Source: Flectonema sp. DT1601
Lineage: Eukaryota
Assembly (NCBI GenBank): GCA_964019425.1
Contig: OZ025781.1
Span: 930,001-994,000, forward strand
Length of the DNA stretch: 64,000 nucleotides
Direction of reading: 5' to 3'
The notes under the pieces: generated by a model
The model's input: only the letters and a program-made list of their open reading frames with translations
The model's database searches: none
What the model was told of the DNA's origin: nothing
Translations under genes and position numbers: made by a program
Shown here: piece after piece, positions 30,310 through 43,200 of the stretch
How the letters are laid out: the number at the start of each line of letters is the position of its first letter
Numbering within the stretch: the first letter of the stretch is position 1

Positions 30310-32856
30310 TTAATCGGAATTACCAACAACAGAATATTTGTAATTATCATCATAACAATGTTCAACCGTCGCATAGTCGTAAGTTAGCGGAAGTGATCTA
30401 TCAGAAGGAGAACTTGGTAATGGCGGCACTTCAGGAAGTGGTCTCTCAGATTGTATTTCAGACTCCGAGTTACAAGACCAGAATACAATTAGACCATCAG
30501 AACTACACGTTGCAAGCTCTCCACTGATTCGATCAACAGCTAGTTTCGTAATGTTATCCTCATGAAGGATGGTAAAGTTATTTAACTTGCTTTGTGTTTC
30601 TACAGACCAAGCAGTGATTCTGTCAGTTGCAGTAAACAATACTTTCCCATCTGTTGACCATACTAATGAAGACACCGCAGCTCTGCTATCATTTCTTTTA
30701 AATGAATGCGTACGAACACCTCCTCCATTCCAAATATGAATCACACCATCACTTCCACAGGTTGCAATTTGAAGATAATCTTTGAGAGGTGATAATTGAA
30801 CATCAGTCATTTCGTATCGATGAGGTTTCTTAATTACGACTGGAGGTCCAAATGATTTCTTTTTATCTGCAAAGTCTTTAATAACGATTCCCTCATCAGA
30901 GTTAGTTGGTAGATAATTAACTGTCAGTTTCTTAGTAGTTCCCCAAACAAGTAGTTCTGATGAGTCCTCAGACTCCGGAGTATAAATTTTTACAAATCGA
31001 GGAACACATTTCCGAGTAAGACAAGGAACAGTCATCGATATGATTGCTGACTTAAAAGCAACATTATAAATAGTGTAAGCATTACCCGATGTAAACACTG
31101 TTAGAAAGTTTTCAATTCGTGGATGAAAACAGTGATTCACATAAGCAGTATTCGACTCTATGATATACGGTGTTTTACTTCCATATGATGGTTCCCAAAT
31201 GAGAACTCTACTAAATGATATGTCATGTCGTTCACCAGCACATGACGCTGCGAGTCTATTACCAGCGCAGTCCCATGAAGCAGATCTGACAAAGGGACAA
31301 GCCTTTAGAGTTAATGATGTTGATTCTGATATTGTATTTGTGTTCCAAAGTTGTAATGTATCACTTGCTGCTTCCCAAGTCACAAGTCTGTTACCACAAG
31401 CCTCATCAAAACACATTGATGTGACAGCCTTCTTCAAGTTTACTACTTTTTTTGATCTTCCAAAGTCCGATACCGAGACTCTGTACTTCACTGCACATGC
31501 CTGACTACTCCTCAGGTATGTCATTCCAACAGGTGTTATGTTGTTGTTATTTCTCAAATCTATTGAAATCAATTTGTGTGAAGAAACTGCTTCAGCAATT
31601 GCTTGACAACCCTCGTCATCGATATTGTTATTTGATAAGTCAATTGAAGTATGATGAATGTGTAACAATGACGTCACCACTCTTCTAATCTCCTTGTTTA
31701 ATGAAAGTCCTGAGAAATCTAAGTTGGGAGTAGCTGATAATAATCGACAATGAAATGCTTCATTAGCTGTCGACATTGTCATCAGTCCAGTATGATCAAC
31801 GTAGTCATCTGGAAGTGGAATTAGTGACTTTGATATGAATTGGTCTCCAGAAAGTCTTCGTATTTTTGATAAGATCGCTTGCATTGTTGGTCTTTTCACT
31901 TCATCAATCTCTAAACAAGCTCTTATCAAACAATCGTATACTTCGTCTGGACATCCTCTTGGTTGACGTAGTCTTGCAACACCATTCCTGATTGCTAACA
32001 CGAGAGTTTCAAAATCAGAAGTTCCCTCATCATAATCAGTAAATGGATTAGAGAAACAATATGAGAACAATTCCCACAACAAGATCCCATACATCCAAAT
32101 GTCTGAGTTAACAGATGCTTTCTTTTGTGTAATAGTTTCAGGAGACGTCCACAAGATTGGATATATTGATATGGGTGCTTTACCATTTATCATTTTCTGA
32201 GCTATTCCGAGATCCGCTACTTTACAAACATCCTTTCCCCTAAGCATATTCCTACAGGCAATATCACAGTGTACATAACCTGAGCAATGCATGACATTTA
32301 ATCCAACAGCCACATCTTCTGCTATTCGTAGTGCTTCATGAAGAGTGAGACGATGTCCGCTGGCACGTTGTTGTTGAAGCCAACCTGATAACGATCCTCC
32401 GTCTACGTATTCAGTTAATAAAAACATTGAATCGCCTCTAATAACACAACCGTAGTACTGAACGATGTTAGCGTGTCGCATTGACTGTAGTTGGATGATT
32501 TCCTTTGAAAAGATGTCTCGTTGTTTGCTAATGCGAGCAGCAGATGCGTTGTGAGGGTTCTCAGGAGGGAGTAGTTCTTTAATTGCACAATCACCTCCAC
32601 GCCATCTTCCTTTCCAGACTCTACCAAACTCACCCTGTCCAATAACTTCTCCTTTATGAAAGTCGTCATCAGCTGTGAGTGAATTACTCTTACTCATAAC
32701 TTCCATTACTATTTGTGTCGCATCGTTCTCTGTTTTAGGATTCGACTTTAGCAGTTCTTTCGCAAACTTATCCAGCAGCTGTAGACTTGCATTGCTTTCC
32801 TCTCCTTTTTCAAAGATTTCTTTTAAATATTTAAACTCCGTGCCCTCTTGGCACAT
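30310..32856 (-). CDS. Tyrosine-kinase-type/TKL protein kinase + LRR + WD40
   Basis: GQGEFG, AIK, HCDIACRN, DLG, PILWTSPE, DIWMYGILLWELFS; RI-like LRRs (IDLSNNNIDDEG); WD40 repeats. Confidence 0.85.
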   Translation of the reverse strand: MCQEGTEFKYLKEIFEKGEESNASLQLLDKFAKELLKSNPKTENDATQIVMEVMSKSNSLTADDDFHKGEVIGQGEFGRVWKGRWRGGDCAIKELLPPENPHNASAARISKQRDIFSKEIIQLQSMRHANIVQYYGCVIRGDSMFLLTEYVDGGSLSGWLQQQRASGHRLTLHEALRIAEDVAVGLNVMHCSGYVHCDIACRNMLRGKDVCKVADLGIAQKMINGKAPISIYPILWTSPETITQKKASVNSDIWMYGILLWELFSYCFSNPFTDYDEGTSDFETLVLAIRNGVARLRQPRGCPDEVYDCLIRACLEIDEVKRPTMQAILSKIRRLSGDQFISKSLIPLPDDYVDHTGLMTMSTANEAFHCRLLSATPNLDFSGLSLNKEIRRVVTSLLHIHHTSIDLSNNNIDDEGCQAIAEAVSSHKLISIDLRNNNNITPVGMTYLRSSQACAVKYRVSVSDFGRSKKVVNLKKAVTSMCFDEACGNRLVTWEAASDTLQLWNTNTISESTSLTLKACPFVRSASWDCAGNRLAASCAGERHDISFSRVLIWEPSYGSKTPYIIESNTAYVNHCFHPRIENFLTVFTSGNAYTIYNVAFKSAIISMTVPCLTRKCVPRFVKIYTPESEDSSELLVWGTTKKLTVNYLPTNSDEGIVIKDFADKKKSFGPPVVIKKPHRYEMTDVQLSPLKDYLQIATCGSDGVIHIWNGGGVRTHSFKRNDSRAAVSSLVWSTDGKVLFTATDRITAWSVETQSKLNNFTILHEDNITKLAVDRISGELATCSSDGLIVFWSCNSESEIQSERPLPEVPPLPSSPSDRSLPLTYDYATVEHCYDDNYKYSVVGNSD

Positions 32857-33548
32857 ATTTAAAGAAATCCTTTACAAGATACCACTCGTGTCTGTTAAGA
32901 AGGAATATCAGCTGTGGGAATCAACAAAATGTTTTCTGAATTGACATTAAAAAAAAAAAAAAAAAGACTTCCCTCGCCATTTCTATTTTGCTGTAAATAA
33001 AATGCTTTTCAATAACCTCCCTTGAGCTCAAATCGATTACTTGCAGTCAGAACTATAAATTTCTACGGGTAAAATAAAAAGGGGGGGGACGCTTCGATTC
33101 TTATCCTTTCTATGTCAAAGACACGGGAAGGCAATCCATAATAATCTTTGAGGGTAACTTATACGAGGAAGAACGCTCCCACTGTTGAAGCAATTTTATT
33201 TCAAAAACTTCTTAACTACAAAAGACTCACAAGAAGAAGAAGAAGAATGAAAATAAAACGGCAGACATCAAGCACACAGAATTTATTATTTTATATCAGT
33301 AGCGCAATAAGGTGTCAATTTGTTTCCGTCAACAGGGTTGGATAACGCAGTCTGTCTTGACAGCAAGAAACACAGCGGTTACTCTGAGAATACACCTTAA
33401 CTGATATCACAAATTAAATAAATGGGAATTGAGAACAACACAATATCGAAGTATTCTTTCTGATCTAATAATTCTAATCTATAATTGAAGGGAGGCATTG
33501 CGGGATAGATTTCATTGTATGCTTCCCTTCCTTTGCAAAGAACGTTAA

Positions 33549-34946
33549 TTACATTCCATTACGAAGATACGTGAAGTCATCATTATGAGTAGCAGATCTC
33601 ATACGGGAAGGAATGTCGCGATCTGACGATGGTTTTGCAGTTCTGGTCCTCACTGATGACGTTGCCCGGGGTAGAGCTCCCCGAGATGGATTTCTCTGAG
33701 GAGGTCCTCTTGCTGGTTGAGCTCTTCTTGCTTTTTCTCCACAAGATGGAATGTGTGTCTCTGCAGTCGTAGAAGCAAATCTTCTGTTGCAGTGCGGACA
33801 AGGAACTCTTGTGTCCTCAGACTCAACAGAGGTTCCATTCAGTCCAGCTTTTAGTGCTTCACTTCGTTGACGCCATGATGATCTCTTTACACCAGTATCG
33901 GAAGATTTCACAGCCATTGGGTCTGCTTCTAAATCAGCAGTTCTGTGAACTTTACTATCGAATACCTGCCGCTTTTTAGACTCAGACTTCGCACAGACAT
34001 CTTCGTGTCTGGCAAGCCTTTCCTCGTTGAACTTTCTCTTACAAATTGAACAGCTGGCTAAAACTACTTGTTCTGGTGGTTGCTCTTCACCAGCAACAGG
34101 GTTTCGATAACCTGGCTGATGATTTAAAAGAACAAGTCGACCGTCTTGAGTCTGAACTGGAAGTACATTCTCAAGGTTTGCTGTAGCTGAAGGCGATGCA
34201 GACATGGCAGGGGATGAGCTTGGAACTGACGGTGGAGGTGACGGCTGGTAGTGCTGTGGTTGACTGCTGTACTGCTGTCTCTGCTGAGCTGCAATTATTT
34301 GCTGCTGGAGGTGCTGTTGCTGTTGTTGGAGTTGCTGCTGTTGTTGTTGGTGAAGCTGCTGCTGCTGATGCTGCTGCTGCAAGTGTTGATGTTGCTGAGG
34401 AAGAATATGACCATTATTATTATTATTATTATCACTACCATGTCGGATAAACTGTTGGGCTGGTGTTAGAGTTGGAGAAACCGACGGCGAAATCGAAGGT
34501 GAAATAGAAGCAGGTCCCCTCAGTCTCATAATCTCTGATAGCAGAACTCGTCTGGCTACTGAAGGCATGCCAGAAGGTAAATCAGATTCTGATGTTACAT
34601 TTTGTAAAGCGAATAATGTTGCGATACCAGCTGCTTCCATGTGTGGTGCCCATTGACTTAATTTATGAAGTTGTAATAACTCCAATAGATCTCTACTAAC
34701 ATGTGATGTTGGTGGTTGTGGAGGTGCTGGTTTTATCATCTGACCACCTCCAGCACTTACAGGATAATTACCAGAAATACTTTCCATCTTCTTTCTTTGA
34801 TGTGCCGCCAAAGCTCTTGCTTTCAAACCAAACCATCCTTCTCCTTTGTATCCTTTAGCAACCATTCCTGCAATCCATTTTCTCTGATTTTCTAACAGTG
34901 TTAATTGTCGCTGTTTTGATGCGCTGCTCGCTACTGAAGTCGGCAT
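33549..34946 (-). CDS. C2HC zinc-finger protein (ZC2HC1/FAM164-like) with SAM-like region and polyQ
   Basis: CSICKRKF..RLARHEDVC..KKRQVFDS and CPHCNRRF..AETHIPSC; SAM-like LLQLHKLSQW; Q-rich tract. Confidence 0.8.
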   Translation of the reverse strand: MPTSVASSASKQRQLTLLENQRKWIAGMVAKGYKGEGWFGLKARALAAHQRKKMESISGNYPVSAGGGQMIKPAPPQPPTSHVSRDLLELLQLHKLSQWAPHMEAAGIATLFALQNVTSESDLPSGMPSVARRVLLSEIMRLRGPASISPSISPSVSPTLTPAQQFIRHGSDNNNNNNGHILPQQHQHLQQQHQQQQLHQQQQQQLQQQQQHLQQQIIAAQQRQQYSSQPQHYQPSPPPSVPSSSPAMSASPSATANLENVLPVQTQDGRLVLLNHQPGYRNPVAGEEQPPEQVVLASCSICKRKFNEERLARHEDVCAKSESKKRQVFDSKVHRTADLEADPMAVKSSDTGVKRSSWRQRSEALKAGLNGTSVESEDTRVPCPHCNRRFASTTAETHIPSCGEKARRAQPARGPPQRNPSRGALPRATSSVRTRTAKPSSDRDIPSRMRSATHNDDFTYLRNGM

Positions 34947-35882
34947 CTTTATATCTGTTTGATGAGTTGGATTACATTAATAAACTGAAACTTTTCTTTC
35001 GACAAAAACAAACATGTCGAACAGAAACTGGAAACGTTTTTTTTTTTTTTTTGATTTACTTTTTGTTCCGCTACTCTGTGAGAGTTGTAATGGAATAAAA
35101 ACTATTTTATAAAAAAAAAAAAAAACAAAAAAAAAAAAAAAAAAAACTTTTTTTTTTTTTTTAACAAAATCTGTTATCACATTAGTGTGTCAACAAGATG
35201 AGCCCGATCACGGCGCACGAAAACAAAAAGTGATATTCCAGGAAATTGGATTTATTTTTTTGTATTATACCAAAAACTCTCTCAGAGTCCTAACACACCA
35301 AAGCAGTAAGTAACTTTTATACAAGGCAAGACTTGGGGATGGGACGGCTATCTATTTCAAATAGACAGCTGAGAGGATACACGAATAAACTAACTAGTCC
35401 CAATGTGTTTATGTTTTGGTAACACATCGCTGTCAACCCTCCTTGGTACTATTGTTTATTAAGAAAATGGTTCAATTAACTTTTAGTAAATTACCATCTT
35501 CTAAAAAAACATTGTGAGTTGTTCTTTTTGTTTTGGGTTTGTTGTTTTTTTTATTTTTTTTTATTTGTTGTGAAGATAGCAACTTCGACATCAGATTTGT
35601 CGCTGCGATCAATTGCTGGGGGGAGCGTAGAGAATAAAAAGAAAAAGATTGGGGGGAAAAAAACTTCAAAAAAAAAAAAAAGTGAAGAAATTACTAGTGT
35701 TTGCGCGCAAGTGCATCAGCATCGAGAACTTCTAACCAGCGCTGTCAATCTTCCAGTAGTGTACGGAACAGATTGTTCAGTATCAACTTAAAGGAAACGG
35801 AAAAAAAGTAGTCATCACATCAGTAGTACGGATCGCTGATGTAAGACTTAGTCATCTCACTGAGGATAACACATCGAACTGT

Positions 35883-36607
35883 TTACTCTTCTTCAACTAA
35901 ATAGTTTCCACTGATTATCGCATCCACGTCATTCTCTTCATATGCAATCAGTTCTTTGATTGGAATGAACTTATCAGAGATCGATAGCTCTGAAGCAAAC
36001 GTCTTCGCAGCTAAGACAGCAGACCATGATAAGAAACCAATATGTGTTACGTCAGGACATCCAAGAATAGACATCACTACTACAACTGCTGAAACTGAAA
36101 TAGAAGCATGAATTGGTTTATCACAACAGACAGCCAGATTAATTAAAACCAACTTCCACAACACCGAAGGATGTCCAAAAGGCATCATCATCACAATCGC
36201 CAGCACTACTGCCGCAGTTGTGAAAGCAAACCTAGTTTGGTAGATCTTCCCTCTTTCACGTCTTAAATTATTTTCAAGGGCATCTTGTTTTATCCTGTCT
36301 TCTCTCCATTTCATGTACTCACTAGATTCCGTTAAGTTTCTTAATGCTTCTTTTGTAGTTTCAGTTCTCTCTTGGAATGTAGGCTTTCGGAAACCTCCAA
36401 CTATGTGACACTGTAGGTGGTAATTATTTATATGAAATTTGATTGCAACTTTTTCAATTAGCTTTCTTAAGTAATAAACGAAACACACACCTGGTCGGCC
36501 CTCAACTTTGGTACCTCAGTAGTGAGGTTACTCAAAAACCAAAAAACGATATTAACAAGCGCTACAGTAGCGCAGCATCCTCCCTCACAAAATAGACAGC
36601 AAAGCAT
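35883..36607 (-). CDS. Hypothetical membrane protein, 2 exons
   Basis: Exon 36607-36491 (MLCCLFCEGGCC..RADQ) joins CHIVGGF.. in frame across GT-AG intron 36411-36490; hydrophobic segments. Confidence 0.65.
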
Positions 36608-37374
36608 TAGAATCTGTTATATACTTGAAAAGGGAACGTTAAGAAACTACTACTACGACTCTATAAAAATAAAAAAGTGTAATCGCGAACACGGATGTTT
36701 GTATTTTGTGGCAACTCTGTTTACAATTTGAAAAAAAAACTAAAAACAGTAACGACTTAAAAAAAACCAATTTCAAACGCTGTGTAAATAAAGCACTCTA
36801 ACTAAATAAAGCAAACGATCAAAAAGGAAAAAAAGACAAAAAAAAAAAAAAAAAAAGCTGCGCGAGGCTGAAAGAAAACATAACCATTAACCGATTGCCT
36901 CGTAGGAAGACGTATTGATGGTGTGCTGTTATTTCAAACCTATTTTCACTCAACAAAACCCGAATACAATAACAGAAATACAATAAAAACATATTCAGCA
37001 ATGATAAGCATAATATAAATAAATGATCAAACCTGCTGTGAGCCTCCCAACAGCTTGAAAAAGAATTAGTTGATCGCTTTTCACACCATTACAATAACGT
37101 GAGGTATCTGAGCTGTCCCTACAAACAAAGACTCCGTCAGCAGTATTGTCGTGAACTAGTTAGGTATTATAGCTGGTAGCAAAAATAGCACAGAAGTACT
37201 TTTTTTTGCTTTCAATTCGTTGAAAAATAGCGAAATGAAAAAAAAAAACGAAAGGGAAAAAAAAAAAAAAAAATTGAATACCACCTGCAGGTCCTCAACG
37301 AGACTACTACAAATAATAATAAAGTAATCAAGTCTTATTTGTGGTCTAACTTCGAACACATTCCAATCATTTTT

Positions 37375-39678
37375 TTATGTTGAATTCGAAGAGTTGATTG
37401 CGTCATCATAAAATTGTAACTTCGGCATTTCTAAAGCCTCGCACGTATCTTTTAACAAATGGAGCTGCGGTTTGTCATTTTCAGGAAGCCCTTCGATGAA
37501 CGCCAGCGTCTCCTCCGGACCAGAGTTTCTAAAAACTTCCATCACTTTGAATACCTTTTCATTGTGTGTACCAATAGCATTTAATTCGTACATCCACTCA
37601 TTTACATTTCTTTCCTTATCTTTCCTACAGTAAGCAACAACAGTATACACGTCTATGTATTTACCACCTTCACCGATTGGTCCAGAACAAGATACATATC
37701 CACAAATAGAAATCACATCAACTGGTTTCAGACAATACGACGAACTCAGTTCTCTTAAGTCAGTTAGCATGTTGAGGTTTCGACGGGAACCAATTCGTTG
37801 CATTGAATTAATAATTTGAAAATGAGGACCCATCAGGACGGGTGATTTTAATTTCGATCCTCCCAAAGTTCCGCAGTGACCAATTCTCTTTGTGACAGAA
37901 TGCCGCAATTCAAAGGTACTGCTAGCGCAAGATTCAATTTGAAATGCTGTTGTCATCGCGTGTACTGCTGGTGTTGCTCTCACGAGATTGAAATTCCATC
38001 CAGCGATAACCGCGTCACCATCAAGTCTTAGAATTGATCCTCTATTACCTTGAACAGAAGTATGAATAGTGTCGATTAGTGATTTATAAGACGGTTCTGA
38101 GAACTGATGATGTGATTGTTGTATGTTATTAATTGGTGATTCTTGGATGTCAGCATTCGATGAGATTGAGATGTGCAACACAGCGACATCTCTAATAGTA
38201 ATTTTAACAAGTTCACGCATACTACAAGTACCTCCCAATACGACATCATCTGTACTCTTCGAGCTGGGGACGAGTGGGGATTTCGGCTCAGAGTCAGATG
38301 AGGATTCTGATCCCTCTGTGTCGACTTGAAGTAGAGTTTCAGGAAGGAAACTTCTGTACATCAGTAGAGAACTAATAATCGTTTGAAAGCTTTGTTGAAC
38401 ATTCGACGGGTTTTCGATAACCATTAAATACTCGAGAGATTCCAATTCCATTCTGGCTATCTGAGCTGCCATGTCTTCTGCTAGTCTGGAAGTTGAATAC
38501 AGTTTTCTGTATTCTCTCATCTTTGATGTCATTTTCCAAACAACGAAAGCTGCTATCAACATCAACACAAAACCACCAATAGAAGATCCTAATACAATAG
38601 GAGTGATATCCATCGTGTCATGTTTAATATTACAAGTAACACCAGAGACTCCTGAAATACATTCACACGATCCTAGTTTACAACTACCTCTTCCACTACA
38701 TTGATCAGGACATTGAAAAGGATCAAGAACCCAAACATCATTGCTGTAGTGATTACCATCTATGAGACCTCCGAGAACTATAACTTTCTTACCATAGCTA
38801 ACAACTCTAATATCACGTATTGAAGGAAGCCATGATGATCCTTGAGTGATCGTTGTCCAGTTACCACCTTCAGTTATATTTACTAAAGCCACTCCGTTGA
38901 CAGGTGCGAGTTCTCCTTTTCCACCAGGGTTTCCCATAACTCCGAGAATCTCACCAATTGAAAATGCTTGAAATTCTTCACCAGAAGGACCGGTTAACTC
39001 TTTCCATCCAATATCCCAAAACCTTTCTGAAATATTAATAACTGCTGAACGGTTTGGTAGATATTGAGTGTTTGTAGATCCACCAAGTAGGTATACCTGA
39101 TCTCCATATGAAATCAGTGCGGGATCTTCTACTGCAGTCAGCCGTGAGGACTCATTCAATCGAATCCAAGTGTTGTTTGATTTCGTGTATATTAAATACT
39201 CACTTGAGTCACCATCGATAGACCCAGCAACTATTAGATAACCAGGGACACTTACTGCTGCACAGTCTGTTCCTTCAATGCTGCTGTTGTAGAAATCGGG
39301 TGGTTCAGAAGACAGAATTGTCCACATTCGTGATCGTAAGTTAAACTTCCACGCTCTGTGATCACTACCCCTTCCACCAAGTAAGTACAAACTCTGTTCT
39401 AACGAATCGTGTAATAAGAAATGTCTATTTCTTCTAACAGGTATTAACGAACCCACAACAACAACAGGATGGTATCTCATCGTCGTCAATTCCAATTCAA
39501 AAAACTCATCTGTTGTATGTCCAGACGTGTTAACTCCGCCATGCATGTAAATCTTTGATCCAACAGTACAAACTGCAGTGTAAAGATTTACTTTAAAATT
39601 CTTATTAATAATCTCATGTGGTATGGATGACCATTGATCTTGTCCAGCAGTCAGTTCTGTGAATTTATCGAATGACAT
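37375..39678 (-). CDS. Kelch + EGF + TM + degenerate class III nucleotidyl-cyclase-like receptor (5' end uncertain)
   Basis: Kelch GG motifs, EGF CPDQCSGRGSCKLGSCECISG..C, TM IVLGSSIGGFVLMLIAAFVVW, cyclase-like RGSILRLDGDAVIAGWN, EWMY. Confidence 0.75.
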   Translation of the reverse strand: MSFDKFTELTAGQDQWSSIPHEIINKNFKVNLYTAVCTVGSKIYMHGGVNTSGHTTDEFFELELTTMRYHPVVVVGSLIPVRRNRHFLLHDSLEQSLYLLGGRGSDHRAWKFNLRSRMWTILSSEPPDFYNSSIEGTDCAAVSVPGYLIVAGSIDGDSSEYLIYTKSNNTWIRLNESSRLTAVEDPALISYGDQVYLLGGSTNTQYLPNRSAVINISERFWDIGWKELTGPSGEEFQAFSIGEILGVMGNPGGKGELAPVNGVALVNITEGGNWTTITQGSSWLPSIRDIRVVSYGKKVIVLGGLIDGNHYSNDVWVLDPFQCPDQCSGRGSCKLGSCECISGVSGVTCNIKHDTMDITPIVLGSSIGGFVLMLIAAFVVWKMTSKMREYRKLYSTSRLAEDMAAQIARMELESLEYLMVIENPSNVQQSFQTIISSLLMYRSFLPETLLQVDTEGSESSSDSEPKSPLVPSSKSTDDVVLGGTCSMRELVKITIRDVAVLHISISSNADIQESPINNIQQSHHQFSEPSYKSLIDTIHTSVQGNRGSILRLDGDAVIAGWNFNLVRATPAVHAMTTAFQIESCASSTFELRHSVTKRIGHCGTLGGSKLKSPVLMGPHFQIINSMQRIGSRRNLNMLTDLRELSSSYCLKPVDVISICGYVSCSGPIGEGGKYIDVYTVVAYCRKDKERNVNEWMYELNAIGTHNEKVFKVMEVFRNSGPEETLAFIEGLPENDKPQLHLLKDTCEALEMPKLQFYDDAINSSNST

Positions 39679-40212
39679 GTTTTTTGTAGACTTTTTTTTT
39701 TTAATCAAAAAACTGCCTTACCCCTTTTAGATTTAATCAAAGCATAAGACTGAAATTAATACTGTTGAGAATAATGAAATAGGTGATCAAAGAGAGGTCT
39801 TCATAGGAACCACAACGATATTTTATAACAATAACCACTACTATTGATGTCGATTTTTTTTTTTTTTTTTTTTTTCCAAAAAAGGGATGATGCGTAAAAA
39901 ACAGAAATTGTATAACAATAAAAAATAGGGGAATATAAAAAAAAAAAAAAAAGAGATAAGGGGATGAAGTGGAAAAAAAAAAAAAAAAAAAAAAACACTA
40001 CTCAGTATGTTCTGATGATTTTTTTCTCATCCAATACTTTTGATTTTTATACGAATTAAGTGTATTTCGGTCTTTTTTTTGATACTAAAATATTTATATC
40101 ACGATTTGTCATCCATTTTTTCAACGTTATTATTTAACAATAATAATCAGATGGTTGTCCAACAGCACAAAAACTCAACTAATATAACATCACCGACTAA
40201 AAGAGAAATTAC

Positions 40213-43200
40213 TTAAACAGGTGCGACAAAGTGTCTAATGAGCGCGAGAGAATTATCAACGAGTGACCCTAAAAGATCAGCGTTGTCCTTTTGAAGCGAC
40301 TCTAAACGAGCGAATCGACTCTGCAATGATGAAATACGAGAAGCAACTAAACCAGTTTTACGAATAAACAAAGTGAGTAAAGCCTGGACATACTCAAAGT
40401 CATTTCTAGTTGCTAGCATTTGCTCAAAGAATGTTGTGACTAATAGAAGTCGACGTTCATTTTCTGATGACAGCTCATCATCGGTAGAGTCATCTAATCC
40501 GCTGAGAGTATCAACGAGTGAAGTGAATTCAATGTCGACCTTTGCTGCTCCCATATCCTTCAATAGCAGTAAGGCTCCTTCGTTATCAGAATTTATAAGA
40601 AGTCTTACGAAGGGTGTTTCTGTTTGAGCAACCAACGCATCATCTTTTAATGTATTTAATATTTTAGACTCAGTTGGTGATACTTCCGTTGTAGCAGTGC
40701 CAAGTGGAAGGAAGAACGGAGCATCAATCTTCTTTGGAGGAGCAATAGGAGCGTTTCTCTTTTTAATTTGATCTAAAGAAGTTAGAGTTATCCACTTAGT
40801 CGATGGTGCGTCAGAATAACTAATAACTCCTGGGTATTGTTTTGTTTGTTTCTCAATTAGTTGTTTTTCTGATTCAGTTAGTTTCTGCTCGGTGTTAATT
40901 TCTGGGTTTTCCACATCAAATAATTTAACTTCACTTCCATCGCCATGTTCGATAAACCCGTCAATGCTGACTTCAGGCATGTCGTACAACTCACGTGTTT
41001 CTAGTCCTGTCGCTTGTTTACCTGCTGCAGATGCTGGAATGTGACCATATCTCATTTTGTTAGTCCATAAATAAATATTTTCATCATTTGCATGTGTTGT
41101 TGATAAGAAATATGATTCTGGATGCATTCCCAACGATGTTATTGGAGTTGGGAATAAAATACAATCGATTAACCTATCAGTCGGAACATCCCAAACACAT
41201 AAAGTTGAATCAAGAGACGCAGAGAATATTAGTCTATTATCTGTTGAAGACACCATTGATGTAATGTTTGATGTGTGTTTTTTAAATGAACGAACAAGTC
41301 TCGCATTACGAACTGAAACAGCATCAAGAACACCTTCAGCTTTTGTTAGAGTCGTAGTAGCCGACACTTCATCAGCAGTAATCATATTATGTGGAGTCAT
41401 ATCGTAGACGTTTATTAAATGTTTTTCAGTTGCTATTGCTAAGAATTGGTTAGCGCTGTTGAATGATCCTAACAAAGCTTGGTGACCACCTTCTAAGCTG
41501 AGTCGATATTTTAAATTCACTGATGGAAATGACCAAATTCTAATAAAAGAATCGAGTCCAACAGAAACAATTAAATCATTATCACGAGCAACATACACTC
41601 CAGTGACACGACCTGTGTGAGCACGTGAGCTTTCGAGATCAGAATCACAGTATGATTTCTTGTGGAGTTGTGACTGTAGGTTGTAGTGATGAATTCTTCC
41701 AGAACTCAATCCAATTATCGCAAAATTAGCACATCTGGTAATCGCTATTGCTGATACTTCTGCTTCTCTATCACGACTGTCAGGTGATCGAAGCATTGAT
41801 TCTTTTTTATTAGCGATACTTAGAGTATTCATTTTCCAAAGATAAGCAGTACCAGAACCTTTATGACCAGTGACAACTGATGACCAGTCATGCATTCTGT
41901 GTGAACTCGCATCGTAAACTGTAATAGGAGGAAGTCGTAGATCGAGAGTTGCAACTTGTCTCTTTCTAGCTTCTTTAACAACTGATCCTTGTGACATTTC
42001 TCGATTAAAGACATCAGAGAAGACGTGGTTAACTCTAAGAGTTCTGTCTGATCCAACTGATAACATAATTCGTGGATCAAAGAATAGAGTACCCGTACAT
42101 GACATGTAGTGACCACGTCTTTCTCTTAGTAGTTTACCTGTACCTTGAAGTTTATCAAAAACATACATACGAACACTGTTATCAGTTCCACTTGTTACTA
42201 AAACAGGTTCCATTGGTAAGAAGTGAGCAAGCGTCACACGTCCATTGTGAGGAGGCTCAAAAACCTCATCTTGAGAAGCTGCTTGCAGTGATGAAGTTAG
42301 AAGACCTTCAAGTTTCTGTTTTGATAAATTCCAAACCGCAACGTCTCCTCTGTCAGTAGCTGAAACCAGAGTCTGCACTCCATCCATACGAAATGAAAGA
42401 GATGTGACTATCGGCTTTCTCTTTCCCTTTTGTGATGCAGTACCATGTTGAAAAGTTAATAAAGCCTTTCCATGTAATAAATTATAACAAATCACTCTTC
42501 CATCAGCGAGACCAACTCCAATAGTGTCAGCAGCTGGTGATGAAGCGAGTGCTGTGATCTGACAACCGAATCCTTCGAACTTGTGAACCATAACACCGCT
42601 GTTGAAGTTCCATAATTCGAGATGTCCTTGATGAGTACCAATTACAATCTTAGATGAGTAATTAACAACAGCAGTCATACACGATGGGTTAGCGTCATGT
42701 CTGGTTGCCATAGTAGTCAGTAGATCTCCAGTAGTTAATCTCCATGCTTTTATCACACTGTCAGTTCCCATTGAAAGTAAAATATCATTCTTCGCAATTA
42801 ATTGAACTACCTTCGCGTGATTAGAGTGAACAACTGACCAAATAGGTCTTCTGATCTTCAAACATTGAATATTTCCTTTGTAAGCTGCGATGTTTAGTGT
42901 TCCCTGTTTTGCTACCGCGCAAACCTGTTTTTTTTGTTTAGTTTCTTTTTACTCAATACTTTGAGTGATACTGACGGGTAAAAACAAACCTTCTTTGGGA
43001 ATGCAGGACTGACGTGAATTAGTTGCAACTTTGCCAAGTTGTATTCATGAAGGGTTCTGTTGTTTTATTTATTTATTTTTAATAAACTGGCAGTAAGAGA
43101 TGATTAGAAAGATTATTTTTACTTCACTCACAAAAAAACATACCTCCCAACAGCACACAGTGCGAATGAATCTTTCCCAACTGTCACAATAGCAGGTGGT

